Below are positions 8,981 to 19,371 of a stretch of 21,222 nucleotides of DNA, piece after piece. The stretch covers positions 1 to 21,222 of the forward strand of contig JAQGDQ010001912.1 of the NCBI GenBank assembly GCA_030141605.1, read 5' to 3'. Source of the DNA: Tubiluchus corallicola (lineage: Eukaryota; Animalia; Priapulida). The notes under the pieces were generated by a model. That model searched no databases. It saw only the letters and a program-made list of their open reading frames with translations, and was not told where the DNA came from. Both the position numbers and the translations under genes were made by a program. Position 1 is the first letter of the stretch, and each line of letters begins with the position of its first letter.

Positions 8981-11151
8981 TACTTCATGCTTGGGTGTTC
9001 CTACTTTCAAAGCCCATTCTTCTTTGAACGATGTCATTCGCCTTAAGAAAAGTTGCGCACTGCCAATCTTTACCAAAAATATAAACAGTTTTTACAAAAA
9101 ACTTAGATAGCCAATTTTGTAACATTATTGCGTAAATATCAGGCTGCAGAAGGTTGAATTAGTTTAAGCAGCTTACGGAAATCCACAAAGCGTTTACAAA
9201 GAATCGTGTAGTCTCTTAGTTACGTCATGATTTTCAAGTGAATGGCAGCAACCACCACGTCTGAAAATTTCTATTCAGATTTAGTACACTTTAGATTTAT
9301 GCTTTATGGCCAGTTTCGTTTTTTAAGTTCAAGTGATGACAGTAAAATAAAGCTATCATGGCAAGTGACTTGTTTATTTCCTTTAGCACACCACAAACAG
9401 TTTAAGTGCTGACGGTTTTCCTTTCTTAAACGCCTTACAGATTTTTCTTTAAAATTTCTACCTGAAAAGTTTATGTTCATTCGAAGACATACAGGTCTAC
9501 TTAGTGTAAACTTGCCTTGTCCTGTTTATCATTAATGACAATTTGAGTTTCATGTTGGTGAAAATCATTTTCAAGGCTTATTTTTAGTACTAGTAGCGTA
9601 GTCTACGTCTTATTATTTTTCCAATTTTCTGTATTGTTTTGTAATTTTTTTACATCTTTATAATTATTTCTCCTGTCAGAATTGTTCAGTATTTGTTGAA
9701 CTAATACATTACAGACGCTTGTATGTTGCGTTTACTAAGACATCTGGTGAATACAATAGTAATACTGACTTTTAATCAAACTAAACATAATATAATATAA
9801 GCTTTTATAACCTAAATCCTACTCAATTTACGAATACTGAATTCATTTTATTGTATATAAACTTTGATTTTTATCAACCCAACCTAGTAAACTAAGCCAG
9901 CAATTAGCAACTCACCCTCTCGTACAGCAGCCTACCTCATTACACAGTTTGTGCTGTAGAAACAATGATAGTCACACTGCCAATCGAGCCACAGATTTAA
10001 ATGTGGTGTTTAGGAAATATTTCGGTCTATCAGGACAGCATGTTTTAATTTAGTGTTGTCGGGGGCAGGTGTGAGAGACATAGGCGAAGTAATCATTTTA
10101 CGATTTTCGGACTGAGGTAGGTCTTGCGGCAGTTGGAAACTTTAAAGTTACGCACAATTTTAGATACCATAATTATATCTTTCCGTGTTTTCAATGTTAT
10201 TAATTTTACTATTTTCAAGTTGTCCCAATCGTATATATTAATTTCGCTGGTATGGGATTAATATATATAAGGTTCAGATGTATCAATGTGGAAGTATAAG
10301 GTTCAATTAGTATCAGATGCACAATGTTGAAGTTGAATACTAATTACACAGACTCAATTTTCATCTACCCCCGCCCCTAACTCCATAAAACGATTAAAAA
10401 TGTAAAATTAAAAAAAAATTATGTAATGTAAAACATGTTTCTGTTGTGTCATGTTAAATGTATATATAGTGTAAAATATGTCTTGTAAAATTTAATGTTT
10501 TTTTTGTAATATTGTTTTGTAAAATATTTTAATATTGTGTTTGTAAATTTGTAAATATGTTCATTTATTGTATATAATTAGGCCTTAGTTTTACACTTTA
10601 GTTTTTTTTAGTCTGCACTGGACGCATTTGTCTTGAACAGTGTTGTTTTTAACATTACGCTGAGGATTACTCAATTTTATAATATAAACTTGTATACTAA
10701 AATATTAAATGAAATTTTTATTATTATTGTGAACTATAAAACTTTTAGCAAAATCATAACTATCTCGAAACACTGCCCTCTATTTTACTGCTTTTCATTA
10801 AAATCATTAAGTGCTTGATATTACATCTGGTACCGATTCTGCTCAGCTGTACTACCAAAGCGGTAAACCTCTGAGGCAGGCTGCGGCGGCTTCGAATTTA
10901 TTAAACATCCATGGTTGTTCAGGCGGTAGTACAATTATAGGCTTATAGGCTACGTCTTACGATGTTCGATTCTCAAGCGTACGAAACTCAGAAATTTAAA
11001 GTTTAAACACAGCTATTGTAAGGCCCGCAGTCTTAATTTCTTTAAATTCTGTTTTAATTACATCAGTTGGAAATTTCTTATTAACAACGTCGTGTCTTTT
11101 TACAATTCAACGGATAGAAAACAGGATTAGCAGTGAACCACATTACTCTGC

Positions 11152-11376
11152 CGTTAGAGTACACAGTCGGATTGGAAGTGACATATTTCGCACTCGCGTT
11201 GGAGCACACACTATAAAAATTTCCGCTGCTCAATATCTGAAACACTACGTGTACTCTAACGTCCGCGTAACAAGAACAATTAAAACGTGTACTCTGACGT
11301 CCGCAATGTAACAATTCAGTCGTCTTTAATCCCTGGCTAGCTATAAAAATCTGTAGCCGCCAAACTTTCAGCACTT
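11152..11376 (+). promoter_or_regulatory. Putative promoter of cargo gene B
   Basis: Motif at 11152 and 11197, inverted at 11249 and 11287. TATAAAAA at 11342-11349, then TTTCAGCACTT at ~11366. Confidence 0.6.
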
Positions 11377-11459
11377 ACCTAACGCACAGACTGTAGATGT
11401 TAATTAGATGTTCTATTTTTGGCAATTTTCGCTTCACAAGTCTAATAAACAGTCACAAG

Positions 11460-12044
11460 ATGCGTTTCACATTGGCATTATTATTTTTTGGCATTCTTTA
11501 TCTTTGTCTTGTCTTCGAAGGAAAAAACAGTATTTCGAAGGTAATAAATTTCTCTTATATTAATTTACATTAGCATTTATTATCAAAATATCTAAAACTA
11601 TTTAAGTCTAAAGTTTTCTGAATAACATGTTTGGTTTCATACATGTTATGTTATGCATAAAATGAAATGAAGAATAATTTTCCATATTGTTTGAAAAATC
11701 TTTGTTTTTTTAACAAAAATATGTCTATGTTACAGAAAATGGAAAAATTGCAGTTGAATCCAATTGAACAGCAACAAGAACAACAACAGGAACAAGGACA
11801 CAAACAAGGACAGGAACAGGAACAACATCAACAACAACAACACCAACAACAAATTCTTGGACAATTCATGGCACATGTGCAAACACAACTTGAATGCATT
11901 TCACGCATACAACAACAGCAACAACAACAATTACAACAACAGCAACAACTATTACAACAACAGCAACAATTATCACAACAGCAAAATATACATCCCAGAC
12001 AAAACAGACGACGATATAGACAACGCCCATACAACAACAGATGA
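11460..12044 (+). CDS. Two-exon gene (11460-11540 + 11736-12044), copy B, 129 aa, truncated at the C-terminus by CGA>TGA
   Basis: Exon 1 encodes MRFTLALLFFGILYLCLVFEGKNSISK. AAG|GTAATA...TTACAG|AAAATG. The frame continues past TGA 12042-12044 as RGSNSVYNFFN* to 12080, matching copy C. Confidence 0.7.
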
Positions 12045-12569
12045 CGCGGATCCAACAGCGTGTACAATTTCTTCAACTGATGATATCATGATGATATAAT
12101 GATATGATGGAACCACTTCTGCTTCCGAACATTTTTTCGAAATTTTGACCAAACAGCCTGCGGAAAAAACGTTCTAGCAGCGCCTGGTGGGACTCTCGGA
12201 AGGAGCCTTTTCAGGGCCAGAAAATTTATCCGAAAGAAAATTCTGATTTGCAATTTATATTACTATTATTAGTATTATCATTAAATTAAATTAATTTAAA
12301 TTAAATTTAAAAAACCAAATTAAAACAGAATTCTTCTGACTTTTCAATATTAATATCTCTTATATTAATTTCGCTGGTATCTTAATATATATATTTATAT
12401 ATAAGATTCGAGGCTACAGCTCCGACGAGGACACCATTTGCGGCGATCTATACATCAAACGAAAGGTCTCGATCTAGTGTCGTGCCATTGAACAACTTTC
12501 CCCTAATTATTAAAATTTAAAATTCAAACAATATTTTTTATTTTTCTTTCCTTCATAACAATAATATAC

Positions 12570-12688
12570 ACAACACAGAAACAGACAATACAGACAACGA
12601 CCATACTTTCCACAAAGACGGCGCCCAACCAGAGGGAACAATTGTAGATGCGGAAAAACTGTTTACAATTTCTATAACTCACAATGAG
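12570..12688 (+). pseudogene. 3' fragment of the cargo gene (A-type tail QHRNRQYRQRPYFPQRRRPTRG...VYNFYNSQ) with a 1-bp insertion
   Basis: Near-identical to ~6195-6311 except AGGGAAACAA versus AGGGAACAA. It is followed by the A-type 3' region up to ~13445. Confidence 0.8.
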
Positions 12689-13444
12689 GAAAAGCTGTGA
12701 CGAAGTACACCACTTCTGCATAGAGATCTGCATAAAATAACCAACAGGCCCTTTTCAGGGCCACAAAGTTTATCAGAAAGAAAATTCTGATTTTGCATAT
12801 TCAACTTTCCCCTAATTATTAAAATTTAATTTTAAACATAAATTCAAACACAATATTTTTTATTTTTGTTTCCTTCATAACAATAATGTACACATTGCAT
12901 ATGTCAAACAAAACTTAGTTTTAACCGTTTAGTGGTTAATATTCAATCAAATAATACCGTTTTGAACGTACTGGCCATTATTTGCCTCTATATACTGTAA
13001 GCTGAGAACTCATACACAAGTTATATAATTTGTACTTTTAATAATATTGTGGATAATGAGCCAAAACGCAGTACGGCTTTGATTTGGTGCGAAAAACAAG
13101 AAAATAGTAACTGCGAAAAATGATAATAATTAACAAACAATAAGTAGTGCTTAACAAGTAAGCAAATGAGTTGAGAAAAACGACTGCAGATAGATTTAGT
13201 ATTACGCATTTAAAATTAAAGTGAAGACATACTATTGCTGGTTTTCAAAATATTATACTTAATGCAAACTTATTTTATTTTCTCTCGATTGCTGTGAAAA
13301 TAATAACTTTGAGTACGCGCTATAAAAACGTTTGCTGCAAAACAGGATTAGCCTTGCGCGCTGGCGTTAGAGTACACACTATATAGATTTTGCTGAATTA
13401 AAGCTATAAGCAATAATGGATGACGTCAGAATAATGCCTTTGCG

Positions 13445-14003
13445 CACAGCACCACACCATAACACCACACTGCACCACACCACCCACCCACCTACACACC
13501 ACACCACCCACACCATACCACTCCACCACATCACACCACACCATACCACTGCAGCACACCGCACCACCCACACACCACACCACACCACCCACACACCATA
13601 CGACTCCACCACATCACACTGCACAGCACCACACCATAACACCACACTGCACCACACCACCCATACCATACCACTCCACCACATCACACCACACCGCACC
13701 ATACCACTGCAGCACACCGCACCACCCACACACCACACCACACCACCCACACCATACGACTCCACCACATCACACCACACTGCACCACACCATACCACTG
13801 CACTGCACCACACCACACCACACCGCACCACCCACACCATAATACTCCACCACATCACACCACACTGCACCACAACACCCGCCCACCCACACACCACGCC
13901 ACCCACTCCATACCACACTACCCACACCACACCCCACACACCCTACCACCCCACCACACCATCCATAGCACAACACCACCACACCACATCAAATCCACCA
14001 CCT
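13445..14003. repeat. Degenerate (CACCA)n microsatellite with a ~177-bp higher-order duplication
   Basis: CACCA/CACAC-rich throughout. GCACAGCACCACACCATAACACCACACTGCACCACACCACCCA recurs at ~13444 and ~13621. Confidence 0.9.
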
Positions 14004-14742
14004 CACGTGGTGATCGTGATGTTGATGATGATGATGGTGGTGGTGGCAACGATGACGACACCTATAGCACAAGCACCAACAGCACAGCATTGCAACAAAA
14101 CCATTCCAAACATTTTTCACAAAGTTGAAACTATGTGCTATAATATAATAAATAGCAAAGGCCCCGCAAAAGATTTTGCATAAAAAACCACGTGTAATCA
14201 ATAATACGCGAACGTCCTACACAGTCCTCATTTATAACACAACGCCCGTAACATCCTGCCTACCGTTTGTTTAACTAAAGCAAACCCGTAGCAGGCAGCT
14301 TTTTGCTGAATTAAAGTTATAAGATTACAGCAGAGTACAATGGACAACAATGCCTTTGCGTCAACAGTTTTCTAAGCGAAAATTGCCGAAAATAGAACTC
14401 CTAATTAACTCGCCAATACTCCTCTCGGTGGACCTGCCCTAACATATAGCCCACATCATCGTGTAGCCCCGTTCTTCCTCTTTGTAAAGAGTACCATATC
14501 TCCTTCCGAGAGTCCCACTGGGCGACGCTAGAACGTTTTTCCCGCAGGCTGTTTGGTCAAAATTTCGAAAAAATCGCGAGTTGGGTCCGGGAAAACGCCC
14601 GTTGCGGGGCGCCCTGGTCCTCTCGGGAATTCTAAATATGCCTACTACACCCAACGCTAAACGGGCTACCTATCCATACCCAGCACCACCTTCGGCCCGT
14701 TTCCGTTCTCTACATCTCAGCCGTATAACTTTTGCAAAAAAC

Positions 14743-14744
<2 letters not shown>

Positions 14745-14777
<33 letters not shown>

Positions 14778-14935
14778 TCTCTTGCTCTCTCTTCCTCTCT
14801 CACTCTCCTGCTCTCTCACTCTCCTGCTCTCTCTCTCTCTCTCTCTCTTACTCTCTCTCTCTTTCGCTCTCTCTCTCTCTCTCCCTCTCTCTTGCTCTCT
14901 CTTCCTCTCTCACTCTCCTGCTCTCTCTCTCTCTC

Positions 14936-14969
<34 letters not shown>
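14745..14969. repeat. Compound microsatellite: interrupted (CT)n followed by (ATT)n
   Basis: Read directly from the sequence. Confidence 0.95.
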
Positions 14970-14971
<2 letters not shown>

Positions 14972-15384
14972 CGGGTACATTAATTGGATTTTTAAGTGCC
15001 AAAGAAATTTGTTTATTTTGGCCTAGTTTAGATAAATGTAATGAAATTTAGAAACACCTTGTAACATAATGTAGTATAAAGTGCGTTAGATGCATTAGTT
15101 CTCATTTGTAAACTTTCTGTAAGAAGTAGGTTATGACTGTCTTTAACGAAATATAAAGAGTTTCTGCAATCTTGTGTCAGTAATCTATTATGACAATGTG
15201 CTGCCATCTGTCGCACGACAGCAGTAATTAATATATTTGTGTGGAATAAAAATGTCATGTTAGTGATGCTCTCTCTCTCTCTCTCTCTCTTTCGCTCTCT
15301 CTTTCTCTCTCTTTCTCTACGTCTTTCTCTCTCTCTCTCTCTTCCTCTCTCACTCTCCTGCTCTCTCTCTATTATTATTATTAC

Positions 15385-15443
<59 letters not shown>

Positions 15444-15695
15444 CGGGTACATTAATTGTATTTTTAAGTGCCAAAGAAATTTGTTTATTTTGGCCTAGTT
15501 TAGATAAATGTAATGAAATTTAGAAACACTTTGTAACATAATGTAGCGTAAAGTGCGTTAGATGCATTAGTTCTCATTTGTAAACTTTCTGTAAGAAGTA
15601 GGTTATGCCTGTCTTTAACGAAATATAAAGAGTTTCTGCAATCTTGTGTCAGTAATCTATTATGACAATGTGCTGCCATCTGTCGCGCGACAGCA
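14970..15695. repeat. Tandem duplication with ~473 bp period: ~254 bp unique block (14970-15224, 15443-15695), each preceded by (CT)n(ATT)n
   Basis: TCGGGTACATTAATTG...CGACAGCAG occurs twice with few substitutions. The second (CT)n(ATT)n tract spans ~15269-15441. Confidence 0.92.
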
Positions 15696-16312
15696 GATTG
15701 TCATAAAACCAACCTGTTTCACATCGGATTAACTATTTATAACATTTTAAAGCATGAAAAAGTGCAATGTAGCAACATAAATTACTTCTTGTTATTTATT
15801 TAATTACGCATCTATTTAAGTTTTATTAATTTGACATTTAACACGTATCTTTGCAAGTATCAAGCTTTGTGTCTGTTTAAATCTATAATGCCAGTGATAT
15901 ATTATTACTAATTAACGCACATATTCCGCATAACAACTATAAAACTTTTATAAACTATAAATCTCGAAACACTGCCCTCTACTTTACTGCTTTTCATTAA
16001 AATCATTAAGTGCTTGATATTACATCTGGTACCGATTCTGCTCAGCTGTACTACCAAAGCGGTAAACCTCTGAGGCAGGCTGCGGCGGCTTCGAATTTAT
16101 TAAACATCCATGGTTGTTCAGGCGGCAGTACAATTATAGGCTTATAGGCTATGTCTTACGATGTTCGATTCTCAAGCGTACGAAACTTTTGTAAGGCCCG
16201 CAGTCTTAATTTCTTTAAATTCTGTTTCAATTACATCAGTTGGAAATTTCTTATTAACAACGTCGTGTCTTTTTACAATTCAACGGATTAGCACTGAACC
16301 ACATTACTCTGC

Positions 16313-16495
16313 CGTTAGAGTACACACTCGGATTGGAAGTGACATATTTCGCACTCGCGTTGGAGTACACACTATAAAAATTTCCGCTGCTCAATATCTG
16401 AAACGCGACGTGTACGTTAACGTCCGTGTAACAATTCAGTCGTCTTAATCCCTGGGTAGCTATAAAAATCTGTAGCCGCCAAAATTTCAGCACTT
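16313..16495 (+). promoter_or_regulatory. Putative promoter of cargo gene C
   Basis: Motif at 16313 and 16358, degenerate inverted copy at 16410. TATAAAAA at 16461-16468, TTTCAGCACTT at ~16485, ATG at 16503. Confidence 0.6.
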
Positions 16496-16502
16496 CTTCA
16501 AG

Positions 16503-17225
16503 ATGCGTTTTACACTGGCATTAGTATTATTTTTTGGCATTCTTTGTCTTGTCTTCGGAGGAAAAAGCAATATTTCCAAGGTAATAAATTTCTCTTATAT
16601 TAATTTACATTAGCATTTATTATCAAAATATCTAAAACTATTTAAGTCTAAAGTTTTCTGAATAACATGTTTAGTTTCATACATGTTATGTTATGCAAAA
16701 AATGAAATGAAGATTAATTTTCCATATTGTTTGAAAAATCTTAGTTTTTTTAACAAAAATATGTCTTTGTTACAGAAAATGGAGAAATTGCAGTTGAATC
16801 CAAACGAACAAGAACAAGGACACGAACAAGAACAAAGACACGAACAAGAACAAAGACACGAACAAGAATAAAGACACGAACAAGAACAAAGACACGAACA
16901 AGAACAAAGACACGAACAAGAACAAAGACACGAACAAGAATAACGACACGAACAAGGACAGGAACAGGAAAATCAACAACAGCACCAACAACAAATTCTT
17001 GAACAATTCATGGCCCATGTGCAAACCCAACTTGAACGCATTTCACGCATACAACAACAGCAACAACAACAATTACAACAACAGCAACAACTATTACAAC
17101 AACAGCAACAATTACCACAACAGCAACAACATATACATCCCAGGCATAACAGACAACGTTATAGACATCGCCCATACAAAAACAGACGACGCAGATCCAA
17201 CTGCGTGTACAATTTCTTCAATTGA
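16503..17225 (+). pseudogene. Two-exon gene (16503-16580 + 16776-17225), copy C, with two in-frame TAA codons
   Basis: Exon 1 encodes MRFTLALVLFFGILCLVFGGKSNISK and the splice sites match copies A and B. TAA at 16869 and 16941 replace CAA within an 18-bp repeat. The frame is otherwise intact to RYRHRPYKNRRRRSNCVYNFFN*. Confidence 0.75.
16803..16955 (+). repeat. Coding minisatellite CACGAACAAGAACAAAGA (HEQEQR), about 8.5 units
   Basis: Units start at 16803, 16821, 16839, 16857, 16875, 16893, 16911, 16929 and 16947. Confidence 0.92.
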
Positions 17226-17347
17226 ACTTCATATGAATCATCGAGAACCACTTCTGCTTCCGAACATGACGCGGATCCAACTGCGTGTACAATTTCTTCA
17301 ATTGAACTTCATATGAATCATCGAGAACCACTTCTGCTTCCGAACAT
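17188..17347 (+). repeat. 80-bp tandem duplication covering the stop codon of gene C
   Basis: GACGC(A/G)GATCCAACTGCGTGTAC...CTTCCGAACAT occurs at 17188 and 17268. Confidence 0.92.
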
Positions 17348-18908
17348 TTTTTCGAAATTTTGACCAAACAGCCTGCGGAAAAAACGTTCTAGCGGCGCCT
17401 GGTGGGACTCTCGGAAGGAGATATCTGGCTCATCAGAAAGAGGAAGAACGGGGCTACACACCCTTAAATATAACCAACCGGCCCTTTTCAGGGCCACAAA
17501 ATTTATCCGAAAGAAAATTCTGATTTGCAATTTATATTACTATTATTAGTATTAAAACAGAATTCTTCTGACTTTTCAATATTAATATCTCTTAGTGTCA
17601 TGCCATTGAACAACTTTCCCTTAATTATTAAAATTTAAAATTCAAACAATATTTTTTATTTTTCTTTCCTTCATAACAATAATATACACATTGCATATGT
17701 CAAATAAAACTTAGTTTTAACCGTTTAGTGGTTAATATTCAATCAAATAATATCGTTTTGAACGTATTGGCCATTATTTGCCTCTATATACTGTAAGCTG
17801 AGAACTCATACACAAGTTATATAATTTGTACTTTAATAATATTGTGGATGATGAGCCGAAACGCAGTACGGCTTTGATTTGGTGCGAAAAACAACAAAAT
17901 AGTAACTGCGAAAAATGATAATAATTAACAAACAACAAGCAAATGAGTTGAGAAAAACGACTGTAGATAGATTTAGTATTACGCATTTAAAATTAAAGTG
18001 AAGACATACTATTGCTGGTTTTCAAAATATTATACTTAATGCAAACTTATTTTATTTTCTCTCGATTGCTGTGAAAATAATAACTTTGAGTACGCGCTAT
18101 AAAAACGTTTCCTTAATTACGTTTACTGAATTAAAGCTATAAGCTTATAGACAAAGTACAATGGATGACGTCAGCACAATGGAATGCGTCATCACAGTTT
18201 TCTAAGCGAAAATTGTCGAAAATAAAACATCCAATTAACTCGTCGGTACTCCTCTCGGTGGACCTGCCCTAACATATAGTCCACATCATCGTGTAGCCCA
18301 GTCCTTCCTCTTTGTAAAGAGCTATATATCTCCTTCCGAGAGTCCCACTGGGCGACGCTAGAACGTTTTTCCCGCAGATTGTTTGGTCAAAATTTCGAAA
18401 AAATCGCGAGTTGGGTCCGGGAAAACGCCCGTTGCGGGGCGCCGTGGCCCTCTCGGGAATTCTAAATATGCCTACTACACCCACCGCTGAACGGGCTATC
18501 TATCCATACCCAGCACCACCCTCGGCCCATTCCCGTTCTCTACATCTCAGCCGTATAACTTTTGCAAAAAACGGCCGAAAAATGTCCATTTTTGGAGGTT
18601 TTTCGCCCCCCCGTTCGTCCCAGTGGGCCCGATTCGAAAAATAAACCCCCAATGAGACGACACTAGATCGAGACCTTTCGTTTGATGTATAGATCGCCGC
18701 AAATGGTGCCCTCGTCCGGGCTGTAGCCTCGAATCTTATATATATATAAAGCCCATACCAAGAATATTAATATAAGAGTATAGATTACATTCTATTACCA
18801 ATTTTGCGCTCATGCAAGCATTTGTAGTGTGCTAGCAAATAGCATATTCCTACAAACAATACAACAAACACTTACAAAGCGATGTAAGTGAGCTTTTCGA
18901 CAAGTAAC

Positions 18909-19349
18909 CAAACCCAATGAGGAACAACCAGCGCATCACAAAATTAAGAACGGTTGGTACAAACCACAATGAACAACCAATGCATCAGAAAAATTAGAAC
19001 AGTTGGTACAAACCACAATGAGGAACAACCAGTGCATCAGAAAAATTAGGTCGGTTGGTACAAACCACAATGAGGAACAACCAGCGCATTACAAAAATTA
19101 GAACGGTTGGTACAAACCACAATGAGGAACAACCATCCATCACAAAAATTAGGTTGGTTGGTACAAACCACAATGAGGAACAACCAGTGCATCAGAAAAA
19201 TTAGGTCGGTTGGTACAAACCACAATGAGGTACAACCAGCGCATTACAAAAATTAGAACGGTTGGTACAAACCACAATGAGTAACAACCATTCCATCACA
19301 AAAATTAGGTCGGTTGGTACAAACCACAATGAGGAACAACCAGCGCATT
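18909..19349. repeat. Minisatellite, 52-bp unit, about 8.5 copies
   Basis: AAACCACAAT recurs at 18961, 19010, 19062, 19114, 19165, 19217, 19269 and 19321. Confidence 0.95.
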
Positions 19350-19371
19350 AAATTCGCATCAAGGTCGGTAC

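Larger units (their letters stand above)
10229..14742. mobile_element. Gene-carrying repeat, composite copy B (internally duplicated and interrupted)
   Basis: Starts A|TCGTATATATTAATTTCGCTGGTATGGG, the same terminal motif as 12356 and 18784(-). Contains gene B, inverted internal fragments, an A-type 3' gene fragment, a CACCA insertion and the GC-rich module 14360-14742 homologous to 6945-7320. Confidence 0.55.
15935..18784 (-). mobile_element. Gene-carrying repeat, copy C (Helitron-like 5' end at 18784 on the minus strand)
   Basis: Homologous to 10730-12570 and 6460-7497. The minus strand begins A|TCTATACTCTTATATTAAT...TATATATAAGATTCGAGG. Confidence 0.6.

Noticed and set aside
13379-13982. 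Val/Trp/Cys/Gly-rich minus-strand ORFs
   Set aside because: These are translations of the (TGGTG)n microsatellite.
14581-15523. Leu-Ser, Arg-Glu and poly-Ile ORFs
   Set aside because: These are translations of the (CT)n and (ATT)n microsatellites.
16869-16943. TAA read as Gln (ciliate-type genetic code)
   Set aside because: Copies A and B use only CAA/CAG across dozens of Gln codons. The two TAA codons are explained by one duplicated mutation.
18909-19349. CRISPR-like regular repeat array
   Set aside because: The variable parts are near-identical variants rather than unique spacers, there are no cas genes, and the context is eukaryotic.
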